This document shows, one piece after another, positions 27,618 to 37,852 of a stretch of DNA of 64,000 nucleotides. Under the pieces are notes generated by a model, which searched no databases, was not told where the DNA came from, and worked only from the letters and a program-made list of their open reading frames with translations. Position numbers and translations under genes: made by a program. The DNA is from a virus. The stretch spans positions 20,703 through 84,702 of IMG/VR virus record IMGVR_UViG_3300050821_001592, one strand, 5' to 3'. Each line of letters begins with the position of its first letter. The first letter of the stretch is position 1.

Positions 27618-28325
27618 CTATTTGCTCAACCTATTCCCCTGATTTCTAAAAGATTGCAGCGTCCGGTTGTAGCGATGAAACGCTGGTGTCGTAGGGGGCT
27701 TACCAAAAACCTCTTCAGCTTTCTCTCGGGAGATTCGACCCTTGAGGATGAGCTGAAGCAAACACGTCCTCCAACCACGGTATTTCTCTGTTGTGGGGAT
27801 GTTATGCTCGTCAAACCGCATGACACTCAATTCTGGCATAAACCCGAACTGAACCCAACACCCGACTTCGGCTTCTTTGGACTTCTCGTTAACTACCACA
27901 AGGGTGAGTTTGTCGGGGTGTGGGTGACGACGATACCAACAATTCAACCCGGTTTTTTGAAGCTCCGTTATGAAGGTAGCAACGCCTTTGACTTTTCCGA
28001 CTCTGTCGCCCGCGTTGGCGTACTCTTCTGGTGTTAGCCATTGGTACTCTTTCGCAGTGTGTTCGTTATTTTCTTGGATGCGACATAATTCTTCGTCGGT
28101 TTGGGCGGTAGGGGCGGCATCAGAGACGCGCTTCGAGTACTCTTCAATCGCGTCATTCAGCGCGGCGTCATTAAACTCCCCCATCATCTCTTTGTCATAC
28201 GTATCGACGTCTTGCTGCTTCGTCGCTCGGTTGAGGGCCGCTTCTTTTTGCTCCGGGGTCCAAGAGTCTACTAACTCCGGTGCAGACTCTTCCCATCTTT
28301 GCAGGTAATCTTCATTAGTGGGCAT
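27618..28325 (-). CDS. Hypothetical protein
   Basis: GGAGG RBS, 235 aa, within operon. Confidence 0.65.
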   Translation of the reverse strand: MPTNEDYLQRWEESAPELVDSWTPEQKEAALNRATKQQDVDTYDKEMMGEFNDAALNDAIEEYSKRVSDAAPTAQTDEELCRIQENNEHTAKEYQWLTPEEYANAGDRVGKVKGVATFITELQKTGLNCWYRRHPHPDKLTLVVVNEKSKEAEVGCWVQFGFMPELSVMRFDEHNIPTTEKYRGWRTCLLQLILKGRISREKAEEVFGKPPTTPAFHRYNRTLQSFRNQGNRLSK

Positions 28326-28806
28326 GGTCCTCCAAGGTTTTTAGAGTGAGGCCCGGTTTTAGAGAATCGAATACGTTTGACGATGCGAAGTGAAACCGAA
28401 AAGAAATCCATCCCGGTATAAGAGCACACGGGTCATCCACGCTGGGCTGTGTGTTGATAACGAAGGTAAACTTCAGGTTCTTGTTTTCGAGCAAGTCAAT
28501 TATCACGTTATGTTGAAAGGTCAACCTAACGTTTTTGATAAGGGCGTTATATAGAATCGCACACCCCGCTCCCAAAATTTTTGCCTTGTCGACCGCGTTA
28601 TCCTCGGTCACATTAAGGTAGTCGGCATACTCGTGAACCAACGCTGCCTCCGGCGTAGAACCGTATGAAAACATCTCGATGCGCGTCACGCGTTGGTTGG
28701 GGACAGGCACGGTTATAAACCGTCGAACTTCGTCAATCTTAAGATGCTGAATAACGCTGTCGTGAAAAGCTGCGCTAACTTTGGATTCTAGTTCCTTGAA
28801 ATCCAT
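28315..28806 (-). CDS. Hypothetical protein
   Basis: AGGAGG RBS, 163 aa. Confidence 0.65.
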   Translation of the reverse strand: MDFKELESKVSAAFHDSVIQHLKIDEVRRFITVPVPNQRVTRIEMFSYGSTPEAALVHEYADYLNVTEDNAVDKAKILGAGCAILYNALIKNVRLTFQHNVIIDLLENKNLKFTFVINTQPSVDDPCALIPGWISFRFHFASSNVFDSLKPGLTLKTLEDHAH

Positions 28807-28941
28807 ACCCCCTCCTAATTAACCAAAAAACATACCAAACCCGTTCATGACGATTCCGGGTCGACTCTGAACGGGTTCGATACTGACACTTAGTATCGGC
28901 ACGCGCCACGATAGCAAGTCGCGGTCGTAACCGACGCTTTC

Positions 28942-29220
28942 CTACTGCATCGATTCAGTAGTTCCACCGTCTACCGATTCGGGTAATCCACCGTCCTCGG
29001 ATTCGACGACATCTGCGTCAAACTCACCGTCGCAGAACCGTTTGAAAGTCTCGTCGTTCTCAGCCGCCGTTGCAACCTGACTACGAAGGCTTTCATTAGT
29101 TCGTCGTAACGTGCGAATCACAATTCGCAACGTAGCGTTTGTCTCGCGCAAGCGGGAGACCTCTTCCTGCAAAATCTCATTTGATTCCTGCAAAGCCGCA
29201 GCTAACGTTCCCTCTTCCAT
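28942..29220 (-). CDS. Hypothetical coiled-coil protein
   Basis: GAGGAGG RBS; heptad pattern. Confidence 0.6.
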   Translation of the reverse strand: MEEGTLAAALQESNEILQEEVSRLRETNATLRIVIRTLRRTNESLRSQVATAAENDETFKRFCDGEFDADVVESEDGGLPESVDGGTTESMQ

Positions 29221-29313
29221 ATTCCCTCCTCAGGGTAGAACTAATTCCTGCCGTTTCCAACAGTCTGTCCTGTGCCCGCGTGGTTTGCATTCCAAATCAT
29301 CGCGGCGTGTTTC

Positions 29314-29493
29314 TTAGCATTCTTTAGCGACATCGTCTTGCCTGTCTTCGGGTCTTTGTGAGTCAAGAACTTGTCGCGAATTTTCTCGTAGCCTCGTGGC
29401 ATGGACCTCCTTAATCTCTTGGGGTTTCCATTCTCGGGTAATCTGGCTGGGGTGGAAGTTCTGTCCGCCTACTCGACTTGATGAGTTTGACAT
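29314..29493 (-). CDS. Small hypothetical protein
   Basis: AGGAGG RBS before ATG 29493. Confidence 0.5.
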   Translation of the reverse strand: MSNSSSRVGGQNFHPSQITREWKPQEIKEVHATRLRENSRQVLDSQRPEDRQDDVAKEC

Positions 29494-29506
29494 ATTCCTC
29501 CTAAAC

Positions 29507-29545
29507 AAAAGACAAGCCGCTGCGATTGCAAACGGCTTGTCTTTT
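29507..29545. terminator. Intrinsic terminator, possibly bidirectional
   Basis: AAAAGACAAGCCG...CGGCTTGTCTTTT. Confidence 0.7.
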
Positions 29546-29558
29546 CTGGGATTACAAA

Positions 29559-30182
29559 TTAAGCAATAACGCTAACGACCACCTGTGCATAGATAAACAT
29601 AATCGGACCCTCTTCAGGGGCCGTGTATCCATCATTATCGCCAAGAGTGTTGTCAAACGTTGGGAATTGACACTCAAGGATGCACTGTCCGACGTGGTTA
29701 GCGGTCACGACTACGTCGGCATCGTACGTCCCGTACGGAGCGCCCAGCGTAATTACACAAGCGTCGTAGTTAGACGTCGCGCTTCCGGTGGACGACCCGT
29801 TGTTCGGGCGATACCAACCTTCGGTGTTTGGAGCCGGGGCGCAATAAGCCTCCCACACGGCTTCGGTTTGGTTATATCCGCCGTTAGTGATGGGCTCATT
29901 CAGCACATCCACAAGAGCCGCAGTCAGCTCCGCAGTAGTGTTGTATTTCACGCCGTTGACTGTAGCGCCCGTGAGGCTGAGGGTCAAAGCATACTGAGCA
30001 ACGGGGAAATTACCCGGACCTGAACTTGGCCCAGCGGTCGCGCCGATACCCTGACCGTTAATGGGGGATGCTGTGCTGCCGGGGTGAACCAAAGACCCGC
30101 CAGCGGGATTCGTGACATTGACTCCGGCTACGTGAACATACGCAGCTACGCCGATGCCAGTCGTAGGGTTAGAACTAGGCAT
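29559..30182 (-). CDS. Putative capsid decoration/minor virion protein
   Basis: G/T/P/V-rich beta protein two genes after the MCP. Confidence 0.5.
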   Translation of the reverse strand: MPSSNPTTGIGVAAYVHVAGVNVTNPAGGSLVHPGSTASPINGQGIGATAGPSSGPGNFPVAQYALTLSLTGATVNGVKYNTTAELTAALVDVLNEPITNGGYNQTEAVWEAYCAPAPNTEGWYRPNNGSSTGSATSNYDACVITLGAPYGTYDADVVVTANHVGQCILECQFPTFDNTLGDNDGYTAPEEGPIMFIYAQVVVSVIA

Positions 30183-30183
30183 G

Positions 30184-30612
30184 TTATCTCTTTTCTGCCT
30201 CTTTAGAGGCTAACTGCTGTGCGAACGCATGAATTGAATCGATGCGTTGCTTGACAACCCCAAAAGGTACCGGGGTTCCATAAGCCCGAGACATATTACG
30301 CTCCATCCAGTGCAGAAGGGAAAATCTTGACTTACTGCCATGGCAGGAGAGCTGTGGGCTTTCGTAATGAGAACTGCATACAGGAACTACATTTCCGTGG
30401 ACAAAACCGCGTGACCAGTCAATCCGGTCGAGTCCCCAAACTTTACCATTCTCGGGAATTCTCCCGCAGTAGGCACACGGTCGAGGTTGACCGTTATTCA
30501 GAAAGTAGTGAATCGCTTCGTTGAGATGTGAAAATCCAAACGGGCAAGACTCCTGTCTAGCGACCCATCGCATGGCAAGATACCGTTTTTTGATGCTCTT
30601 GTCATAGGGCAT
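30184..30612 (-). CDS. HNH-like endonuclease
   Basis: CAYCG...GLDRID.SRGF..GNVVPVC...CHGSK. Confidence 0.65.
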   Translation of the reverse strand: MPYDKSIKKRYLAMRWVARQESCPFGFSHLNEAIHYFLNNGQPRPCAYCGRIPENGKVWGLDRIDWSRGFVHGNVVPVCSSHYESPQLSCHGSKSRFSLLHWMERNMSRAYGTPVPFGVVKQRIDSIHAFAQQLASKEAEKR

Positions 30613-30705
30613 TTCGTTCTCCGCACGCAGTGGGCTCTGTATTGCCTTCAGGAGGCGTCCAGTCGGCGTCACTGTTGACGTAAAAGCTGTTAAGCGTCGT
30701 TGGAA

Positions 30706-30740
30706 GAAAAAACCAAAGGGTGTAAATTAAATTACACCCC
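30706..30740 (-). terminator. Intrinsic terminator after the MCP gene
   Basis: GGGTGTAA...TTACACCC stem followed by TTTGGTTTTTT on the minus strand. Confidence 0.6.
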
Positions 30741-30762
30741 TAAGTTCTTTCAAATCAACGAG

Positions 30763-31788
30763 TTACGAAATCGCGCTTGCCGCGTCAATTTCCCGAATTC
30801 TGATTGTGGTGTCTGGTCCGAGGCTGGTCGTGAAGTGTACACGATAGCTCGTCCACCCCGGAATCAGACCTTCGGGGTCTGCAACGGTAGGTGCAACGTT
30901 CTGCACGACGTTGCACTTGATGTTCTGCCACTGACCTTCGCCGAAAGTCGTGTCGTTCTGCGCTCCGAGGTTGATGGAGAAAATACCATCTTGCCCGAAA
31001 ATGTAAGTACGCAGGGCGGTCAGACCCGTCACGCCTTGGTAATTAATCGTCTGCGTGACGAGGTTGGTCTGGAAGAACCGAACGCCGCTAGACGGCAGCT
31101 CAACGCTACCTTCGAGGTCGGTGCTCACCAATTCGTCCATGGTCATCTGACCCTGAGCGGTGTGCTTCAGGATGTCGATGGGGGAGTCGTTCGAGTTGTC
31201 AGCCAACACGTCGCCAAGAGCGAACGGGTGGATGACGCCCACGAACATATCCTTCATGAACGGCTTCACAGAGCGGCCAGCCAGAGACTGAACGCTGTTA
31301 CGAATCTGGGAGAGACTCAGAGCGGTAAAGCTCGAAGTGCTCGACGCAGCCAGCTCCACGAGAACGCTAGAATCGATGCTGTTCGCACCGTCTGCGGTCG
31401 CACGGACCAGAGCCGACAAAGACTCGCCCAACTGATAGGACAGTTCCTTCGCCACGTTCTCGACGGTGTTATCAATGGCGGTAGCCAAAGACAAGCTGGA
31501 GAAGTTCGCGTAGTCTGCGTATTCGCCAATCGTCGCGGTGGTGTTCAGGACGTTGACGCTCAAGGAGCTACCAACCGTTCCTTCGGTGGTCTGAGTGGTC
31601 AGAGCCGCCAGCGGAACGTACATGAACATCTCATATTGATTTCCCGAATTCTTCGGGAGGTCCAAACGCTGAGAGCAACGAACGAACGGAGTCTGCGCCT
31701 TCAAATTCTCGCGAAAACGTTTGTCGTAGTACTTCACAGTGCTCTGGGGCAGGTTAGAAAGCTGATTGCCTGCGGGACTAAAAGCCAT
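30763..31788 (-). CDS. Major capsid protein (N4-gp56-like, HK97 fold)
   Basis: 341 aa after scaffold; LPKNSG, TEG, IGEYADY, FVGVIHP, ADP motifs. Confidence 0.85.
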   Translation of the reverse strand: MAFSPAGNQLSNLPQSTVKYYDKRFRENLKAQTPFVRCSQRLDLPKNSGNQYEMFMYVPLAALTTQTTEGTVGSSLSVNVLNTTATIGEYADYANFSSLSLATAIDNTVENVAKELSYQLGESLSALVRATADGANSIDSSVLVELAASSTSSFTALSLSQIRNSVQSLAGRSVKPFMKDMFVGVIHPFALGDVLADNSNDSPIDILKHTAQGQMTMDELVSTDLEGSVELPSSGVRFFQTNLVTQTINYQGVTGLTALRTYIFGQDGIFSINLGAQNDTTFGEGQWQNIKCNVVQNVAPTVADPEGLIPGWTSYRVHFTTSLGPDTTIRIREIDAASAIS

Positions 31789-31812
31789 GGCTATTTACCT
31801 CGTGGTGAGAAG

Positions 31813-32919
31813 TTAACGCTGTCTCGCCGCTCGACGGAGGTCAGCTTCTTTTTGAAGCCTATCCACTGTCGGAAGGAACGTCGGGTCTTCTTTTGACCTC
31901 TTGGCGTACACATCGGCGGACATCTTGTCAACTTCTGCCAGTGTCAGAGTGCGCTCGCTCGCGGGTGTTGCTCCGTTGGATGAAGACACGCGGTCATTCA
32001 ATCCTGAGGGCGTCTGGCGTCTGGCGTTTTGTACCGTCTGTGCGTCACTAGTAATCCGACTAGCTGCTACAGGGGGAACCTGCGGTTTCGGTTCCGTTTC
32101 CACTGCCACGGGGGCTGCCTGTGCCAGTTGTACGACTGGAGCGGGTACTAGCAATGCGCTAGTTCTCGCTAAGGCGATTTCGAAATTATCAGTAGTGGGT
32201 TCGAGATTCCTCTCACCCATCCACTTAGTTAGGATTTCACGATTGGCTTCTACGTTATAGAAACCATCGCCAACCCTGTCAATGAATTCTTCAAAACTAC
32301 GTACGACCTGATTCTCCAAAAGGAGTCGCTGACTTTGATTCAGCACTTCCGTAATAACTTCAGGCGTAGCGCCGAAAGTAGCTTCGGCAAGTCTGACCTT
32401 CGCGTCTTCGAACTTCGCGGGGTCATTCAAATCTTGTGTCAACTGATATCGCTCGTCAGCATTCAACTGCTTCGGTTTTAATCCCCCAAAATTCTCGGGC
32501 AGCCGTTTCGCCCTAGTGGGTACTTCCTGTTCGGGGGTGAGACCGAGGCGAGCATCCCGAGAAAGTTTCCTCATCTGTCGAAGGATGCTGTTGTTCTGTT
32601 CCGTGAATTTCTTAATTAACTCTTCGTGCGTTTTATAAATAAGAACTTGCTTACCGCCGAACGGCTTACCCATCTCGTCCGTCGGCTGCCATTCATACCG
32701 TTGTTCAACCGGGTCCGCCGCCGCTACCGTAGTAACAGCCGGAACGGGGGGTTCAGCCACAATCTCTACGACTGTTTGGGGTACGGCAGGGAGACCCGTC
32801 TCAGGGTCCAGAACTTCAACCGGGAACATCGCGTTAACGGCGGCGATGAACTCCGGGTCCTGTAATTTCGCAGCGTATTCGCTTGCCGACATGTTGTCAA
32901 TATCTGTTGACGTGTACAT
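31813..32919 (-). CDS. Capsid scaffolding protein
   Basis: Upstream of MCP; charged and helical; MSASEY/MSADVY terminal motifs. Confidence 0.65.
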   Translation of the reverse strand: MYTSTDIDNMSASEYAAKLQDPEFIAAVNAMFPVEVLDPETGLPAVPQTVVEIVAEPPVPAVTTVAAADPVEQRYEWQPTDEMGKPFGGKQVLIYKTHEELIKKFTEQNNSILRQMRKLSRDARLGLTPEQEVPTRAKRLPENFGGLKPKQLNADERYQLTQDLNDPAKFEDAKVRLAEATFGATPEVITEVLNQSQRLLLENQVVRSFEEFIDRVGDGFYNVEANREILTKWMGERNLEPTTDNFEIALARTSALLVPAPVVQLAQAAPVAVETEPKPQVPPVAASRITSDAQTVQNARRQTPSGLNDRVSSSNGATPASERTLTLAEVDKMSADVYAKRSKEDPTFLPTVDRLQKEADLRRAARQR

Positions 32920-32947
32920 AATTTCCTCCTCTTGGAAATCCTAAACT

Positions 32948-33304
32948 TTAAAACGCTTCTTGCCCTTCAAACTCTGGCGGGTAGTACGGCCTTTCGGGGT
33001 CTTCTATAGTGCCTATGGTGGACGTTTCGTTCCTCAAGAGAGTAATCTCTTCTTCGATTCTCTGTAGCAAGCCTTGGTAAATCATGCCCGCTGCTTTCAC
33101 CATGCGATGTCTTGATAAAACTTCATCACTGCTTGTAGGGTCCGTATTCACCAGTCTCTGATTGAACAGTTTGATTTCATCCTCAATCATCTGCTGGATG
33201 AGCTTGAACCCTTCCGTGTGGATGTATCCCGCGAGGACCCCCCGCTGCTGGCGATTCAATTTCGACAAAGGCTCCATCCCAATCTTCGCGATATCAATCT
33301 CCAC
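32948..33304 (-). CDS. Hypothetical helical protein between portal and scaffold
   Basis: GGGGGAG RBS, GTG 33304. Confidence 0.6.
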   Translation of the reverse strand: MEIDIAKIGMEPLSKLNRQQRGVLAGYIHTEGFKLIQQMIEDEIKLFNQRLVNTDPTSSDEVLSRHRMVKAAGMIYQGLLQRIEEEITLLRNETSTIGTIEDPERPYYPPEFEGQEAF

Positions 33305-33323
33305 GTCTCCCCCTAAAATTTGT

Positions 33324-33459
33324 GGCAGTTTAGAGTGATGCCCAGCACTAGCGGTCTTTCGACCAGATATCTCTGCGGCTCCTCGCGGACCCCCGCAGTG
33401 CGGGGTTAGTTTTGGATGAGGAACCAACTGTCCTCGAAACGGGCGAGCGACACCCGTTT
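33324..33459 (-). ncRNA. Densely structured intergenic element with two H-type pseudoknots
   Basis: GAGGA/TCCTC stem with loop GTTGGT pairing ACTAAC; AGTG/CACT stem with loop GGCA pairing TGCC; three further hairpins. Confidence 0.4.
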
Positions 33460-33467
33460 ATGTTTGA

Positions 33468-33698
33468 TTACGCAGCCGGAGTTGCCGGAGTTGCAGGCGC
33501 GGGGGTCAACGCGGCGACTACGGAAGCGTTGATTGCATCAACACTGGCCTTAGCGGCGTCCACCTGTGCCTGAGGCACCGTATTGGCTTCTTGTGCGATA
33601 AGCGAGGCAACGTTACCTGAGAGGGTAGCGATACTGGTATTCAGTGCGTCAATTGCCATTCTTAGTCTCCTTAATTCATGAATCAGTTCAAAGTCCAT
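33468..33698 (-). CDS. Small Ala-rich protein
   Basis: GGAGG RBS; second possible start MAID. Confidence 0.55.
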   Translation of the reverse strand: MDFELIHELRRLRMAIDALNTSIATLSGNVASLIAQEANTVPQAQVDAAKASVDAINASVVAALTPAPATPATPAA

Positions 33699-33710
33699 AC
33701 ACCCTCCAGA

Positions 33711-35837
33711 CTACTCGACGGTTGGTAACTGGCCCTGTAACCCTTGTTGGGACGGTTCGCCGTTCACGCTCTCCGACATCCCACTAGCCTTAGCGGCCTC
33801 GCGTGTGATGTCCCGCTTAATTCGGTTGTCTGAAGCTTGGTCTTCGAGCTTTTGTTTCTGTACAAATTTTTGTTGGTCGCTTTGTTGCTTAACCTGCATC
33901 GCTTGCGCTTGCAGAGCAGCCTTCGAGTTCGCATCCCGACGTTGTTTTTCTTCGGGAGTCATATCCTCGACGATATCATTCTTGTTCTTCCACTCCGAGG
34001 CTTCCATCCACATATCGATAATCGGCTCGATATTAATCTTCTTGCCGACTTCCGATAGCATCGTTTGGATTTGCGGATTATCTAAAATCTGCGTGAGCAT
34101 GACCATAGATTGCGCCATTGTCCGCTTTGCCGCGAGGGACGCGCCTGCTAGGACCTCGTATTCAATCTGAGCGTCGTGGAATTCCTGAAGGGTAAATCCC
34201 TCCAGCATATCCTCGCCCATCTTCTTACCAAGAACGTGCTTAATAGCAAAATCAGACATGACCGTAAAGGTCAACATGTCGATAACGCCAATGAACGGTT
34301 TGAAAACTTGTTCTATGAAGTTATCTAAAGGCCCGTCAAGTCGGGTTGCGGACGCCCCGGCCATCAGATTCGCACCTGTAGCAGAACGTCCCATACCTGC
34401 ACGAGGCCCCGCTGAACTCCCTTGAACGAGAGTCTGGTCGGCACCTGAGGAACTCTCGGTTGCGGCCTCATTCTCTTTCATTGCCGACCAAATGTCAGAC
34501 GGCACCTTTGGGGATTCGAGCAGCTTATAGGATTTCTCTGTATCCGTCACACTAATAATCTTACCGATTCCAGTACGGATGGTCTGTGTGGGCGCGTTGT
34601 CATCCCGATGGCGAAGATAAATCGGATTAACACCGTAACTCAGGATTTTCAGAATTGAGTTGATTGTGCCTTGGTCGACGCGCTGATTTTGTCCAACGAT
34701 TAGACCGAGACCCATACCGTAGAAAGCCCGAGGGCGATTCCACCAGTTGGACGACAAGAACGGAATGCGTTTGAATTCGTTCTCGCCCGTATAGACGATT
34801 TTCTCTTTGTTCAGAACAACAATCTTTCGACCGCCGTCCCAATATTCCATCAACTCTAGTTTCGTTCGTCGTGGGTCGGGGCTCGCCTGATTATTGACCT
34901 CCTCAGCGTGGAATACTACCCCGCGCACTTGGGTAGTCATATCCAAGTCTTGAATCTGCTGTCCTGCTTGACCGTCCCACATACCCGCGATTTGAGCATC
35001 GGACGGAAATATCCAACCGTCAATGGCGACACCCTCTTCGCCGTCTTCTATCGCACCACGAATACTATTCTTCAAATCCATGAACTGGTACCAGTCCATG
35101 TAGCGGATATCAATGACCCACCGGGCTTCCCGAATATCCGAAACTTCCAACTGCGGGTCAACGAGAACGCGATTTAACGGACGATGCTCAAAAAAAGGCA
35201 TCGGCACGATTTTCACCGTACGCTCTATGCTTGGCGGCTCATCCAACGCAATGTCCTGTCGTGTGGTAGACCCGTCGGCGTTAGGTAAATCAACATGCTT
35301 GACTGTCGCTGTTCGCTTGACAGTTACGATTTCTTTCCAGTCATATCCCCATTTGAAAATACCCGTACCGAGATGAGCCATCTGCTCAAGCCCCCACTTC
35401 GTGTGGTTCTTGAACTTACACTCATCGAGAATATAGGAGTATAAAGCGGTCTTCGCGTCAACAACCTTTTGACTCGTACCCGGACGGGGGCGAATAAGCA
35501 TCGGCGGGTCGTCGTAGAACAGACCCTTGTATAGTTGAGGTACGACAGCATTACAAACTTTCGCGACGGTAAAACGCTGTACATTCGGTTCGAGAACGTA
35601 GGTATTCTCGTACACCGTCATCGGACGGGGCGATTGGAACAACAAATCCGCGTCTCTCCACATCAACGTCCATTGACGGTTTTGAATATACGCCTTTGCG
35701 AGTTCCGCCGAACGGCATACGAGGGCGAGTTCTTTATTGATAGGGAGGTCCCCGGTTTTAACGTTTTTGAAATCTTGGGGCGCGATATTTCCGTTTGGGT
35801 CTCCGTCGCGGATGACCGCTTCCGTAAGTACGTCCAT
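33711..35837 (-). CDS. Portal protein
   Basis: 708 aa after terminase; GTGIFKWG, YGMGL, SATGA motifs; Gln-rich C-terminal barrel. Confidence 0.85.
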   Translation of the reverse strand: MDVLTEAVIRDGDPNGNIAPQDFKNVKTGDLPINKELALVCRSAELAKAYIQNRQWTLMWRDADLLFQSPRPMTVYENTYVLEPNVQRFTVAKVCNAVVPQLYKGLFYDDPPMLIRPRPGTSQKVVDAKTALYSYILDECKFKNHTKWGLEQMAHLGTGIFKWGYDWKEIVTVKRTATVKHVDLPNADGSTTRQDIALDEPPSIERTVKIVPMPFFEHRPLNRVLVDPQLEVSDIREARWVIDIRYMDWYQFMDLKNSIRGAIEDGEEGVAIDGWIFPSDAQIAGMWDGQAGQQIQDLDMTTQVRGVVFHAEEVNNQASPDPRRTKLELMEYWDGGRKIVVLNKEKIVYTGENEFKRIPFLSSNWWNRPRAFYGMGLGLIVGQNQRVDQGTINSILKILSYGVNPIYLRHRDDNAPTQTIRTGIGKIISVTDTEKSYKLLESPKVPSDIWSAMKENEAATESSSGADQTLVQGSSAGPRAGMGRSATGANLMAGASATRLDGPLDNFIEQVFKPFIGVIDMLTFTVMSDFAIKHVLGKKMGEDMLEGFTLQEFHDAQIEYEVLAGASLAAKRTMAQSMVMLTQILDNPQIQTMLSEVGKKINIEPIIDMWMEASEWKNKNDIVEDMTPEEKQRRDANSKAALQAQAMQVKQQSDQQKFVQKQKLEDQASDNRIKRDITREAAKASGMSESVNGEPSQQGLQGQLPTVE

Positions 35838-35848
35838 GGATTTCCTTC

Positions 35849-37843
35849 CTAGCTAAAAACGTCGGATAGTGGGTCACAATAATCCGACCCTAACCCTGCG
35901 CCCGTAGTTGATTCTCCCCCGGTGTCAGGAAAACTCGCGGCAAGAGCGGCCATCTGAGATTGGTCAACAGCCTTCCCCTCATATACTTGTTTGTACGCCG
36001 CATTCATTCTGGGGTCGAAGTATGCGTCTTGGGCTGCGGATACTTTCGCCTCGTTCTCGGCGTATGCACAAAATTGATTAACGAGGATTGCAAGAACGTC
36101 CACGATGTCGTCGTGTAACGCGGCTGCGGTTCCGAACTTAGACAGCTCGTCATAAAGTTCATCGAGGCTCGGACAGGAGTTCAAAAACAACAACTTTCCC
36201 TCGCCGAGATATCGAAGTACGGGACCCGCTTTCTCGGACTTCGACTTGGTCTTTTTGCCTTGACCTAGAGAAACCCATTCAATAGGTACGCGGACTTTCA
36301 ATTTGTCCATCTCGCGGTAGGCTTCGCGGCCCATCCACTTCACGCCGACAGACTCCTCAATGCACATCCTACGAGGCTTCCACTGTAGGGCGGTAGCCGC
36401 AATCAACGCGGGGAGTTCAAACTCGTTGTAGCGCCCCCGCTTCATATCGATGATATAGAATCGTCCCCCATATATCAGCGCCGTTATGATTACCGTGTAG
36501 TCAGCCCATGACTTAGTCGAATATGCTGTATCGACACAAGTGACAATCATCCCCGAGTTGGGCAACATCGCAGCCGGGACGGTACGACGCACCAAAAGCT
36601 CCCGAGGGAACTTGATGACGTGCATCTGAGTCGGGTCGTTGAGATACTTAATCGCGAACCACGGGTCCGTTTTTTTCTTGTGTTGCAGGAACTTGAATGT
36701 CAGGGAGTGTTCGTTCTCTGGAACATTGAACCAGTAATCGTAATCACTCTCCGTCATCTCAGATTCGACTTTACCCGCCGACCGGGCTTCAGCATTCTGC
36801 CACCATGCCGCACGGATATAAATCTTCATCGGGAACTGTGAAACAGCCCCGCCCTCTTCAATCCATTTCTTTAGGTTCAGGATATCCTGACCGTAGGTGT
36901 CTTGCGAATCGTACCACGTCCCAATCTTGTCGTAAAAGCCGTACGGGTGCAACATCGCGGCGTTAATGCTAACCTGTTTGTTGATATTCAGAATACGGTC
37001 AGCAGTCTGGGAGTTCTCGTTGGTGACCACGTCATCCAATTTCATGATGCAGACGTGCCAACCCGCTAGATTCTGCTCAATCGATGCCGCGAATACGGTA
37101 CATTCTTTTTCAACAGCGGAAACCGCTGGGGTTTGGTACTCGTACCCTTTACCGTCGTCCTTTTCAATGCAGTGTTCGGGAAATAGAACCTGAAACATGC
37201 TTTCGGTTCCATCGAGCATGATGCGCGGGCTGAGGCTTTTCTTCTTTATGAACAGCCCTGCTGGACCCCCATCATTAAGAGTGAAGTGGCCTTTAATTTC
37301 TCCAACGAAATCTTTCGCGAGGTCTAACACACCCGTCAATACGAGGATAGTTACTTCGGGGAACGCGATAATCCATTGAACACAATCCGCCATATTCATG
37401 GAGGATTTAAACCCGCCTCTGGGTACGAGAAGCAGCCGTTCTTTTTGCTCGATATAGCTGTCTTTCGACGCGAAGTCTTTGAAGGTCTTTTTAGTCGGGT
37501 CTTTTTTTACAAAAAACTCATTGCATATTTCTTCGTGGGTGTTATGTACAAGGCCGTCCGTCCAGACATACTCGTGGTCGGTCATATCCTTGTATTTTTC
37601 TAACAACTTGCAAAGTGCGAACAGGTTCGTCTGGGCCATAAAACGAAACCGATAGATGTCTATCTCGTTCGTAAGCCCCTTCAAGTGACAAACTGTTATT
37701 ACCTTCATCTGCTGGTCTGGGGTCAATCGCAGGAAGCTCGTCTTCGCCTGTTGGTCAAACACCTCATCGGACATATCACGGTGTTGATAGTTCTTGTCGT
37801 GTCGATGTTGGTCAAACCAAGAGGTTAGATTTTCCGCGTGCAT
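35849..37843 (-). CDS. terL: Terminase large subunit
   Basis: Walker A PRGGFKSS, Walker B IMKLDD, IGTWY, nuclease VDTAYS..ADYT and HDDIVD. Confidence 0.9.
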   Translation of the reverse strand: MHAENLTSWFDQHRHDKNYQHRDMSDEVFDQQAKTSFLRLTPDQQMKVITVCHLKGLTNEIDIYRFRFMAQTNLFALCKLLEKYKDMTDHEYVWTDGLVHNTHEEICNEFFVKKDPTKKTFKDFASKDSYIEQKERLLLVPRGGFKSSMNMADCVQWIIAFPEVTILVLTGVLDLAKDFVGEIKGHFTLNDGGPAGLFIKKKSLSPRIMLDGTESMFQVLFPEHCIEKDDGKGYEYQTPAVSAVEKECTVFAASIEQNLAGWHVCIMKLDDVVTNENSQTADRILNINKQVSINAAMLHPYGFYDKIGTWYDSQDTYGQDILNLKKWIEEGGAVSQFPMKIYIRAAWWQNAEARSAGKVESEMTESDYDYWFNVPENEHSLTFKFLQHKKKTDPWFAIKYLNDPTQMHVIKFPRELLVRRTVPAAMLPNSGMIVTCVDTAYSTKSWADYTVIITALIYGGRFYIIDMKRGRYNEFELPALIAATALQWKPRRMCIEESVGVKWMGREAYREMDKLKVRVPIEWVSLGQGKKTKSKSEKAGPVLRYLGEGKLLFLNSCPSLDELYDELSKFGTAAALHDDIVDVLAILVNQFCAYAENEAKVSAAQDAYFDPRMNAAYKQVYEGKAVDQSQMAALAASFPDTGGESTTGAGLGSDYCDPLSDVFS

Positions 37844-37852
37844 ACTCCCCCG

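Noticed and set aside
30700-31896. 398-aa plus-strand ORF and other long antisense ORFs (11448-12458, 42484-43320, 25324-26040)
   Set aside because: Antisense shadows of well-supported minus-strand genes, with no RBS or motifs.
33405-33435. preQ1-I riboswitch
   Set aside because: Topology is similar, but the loop consensus is absent and no queuosine genes follow.
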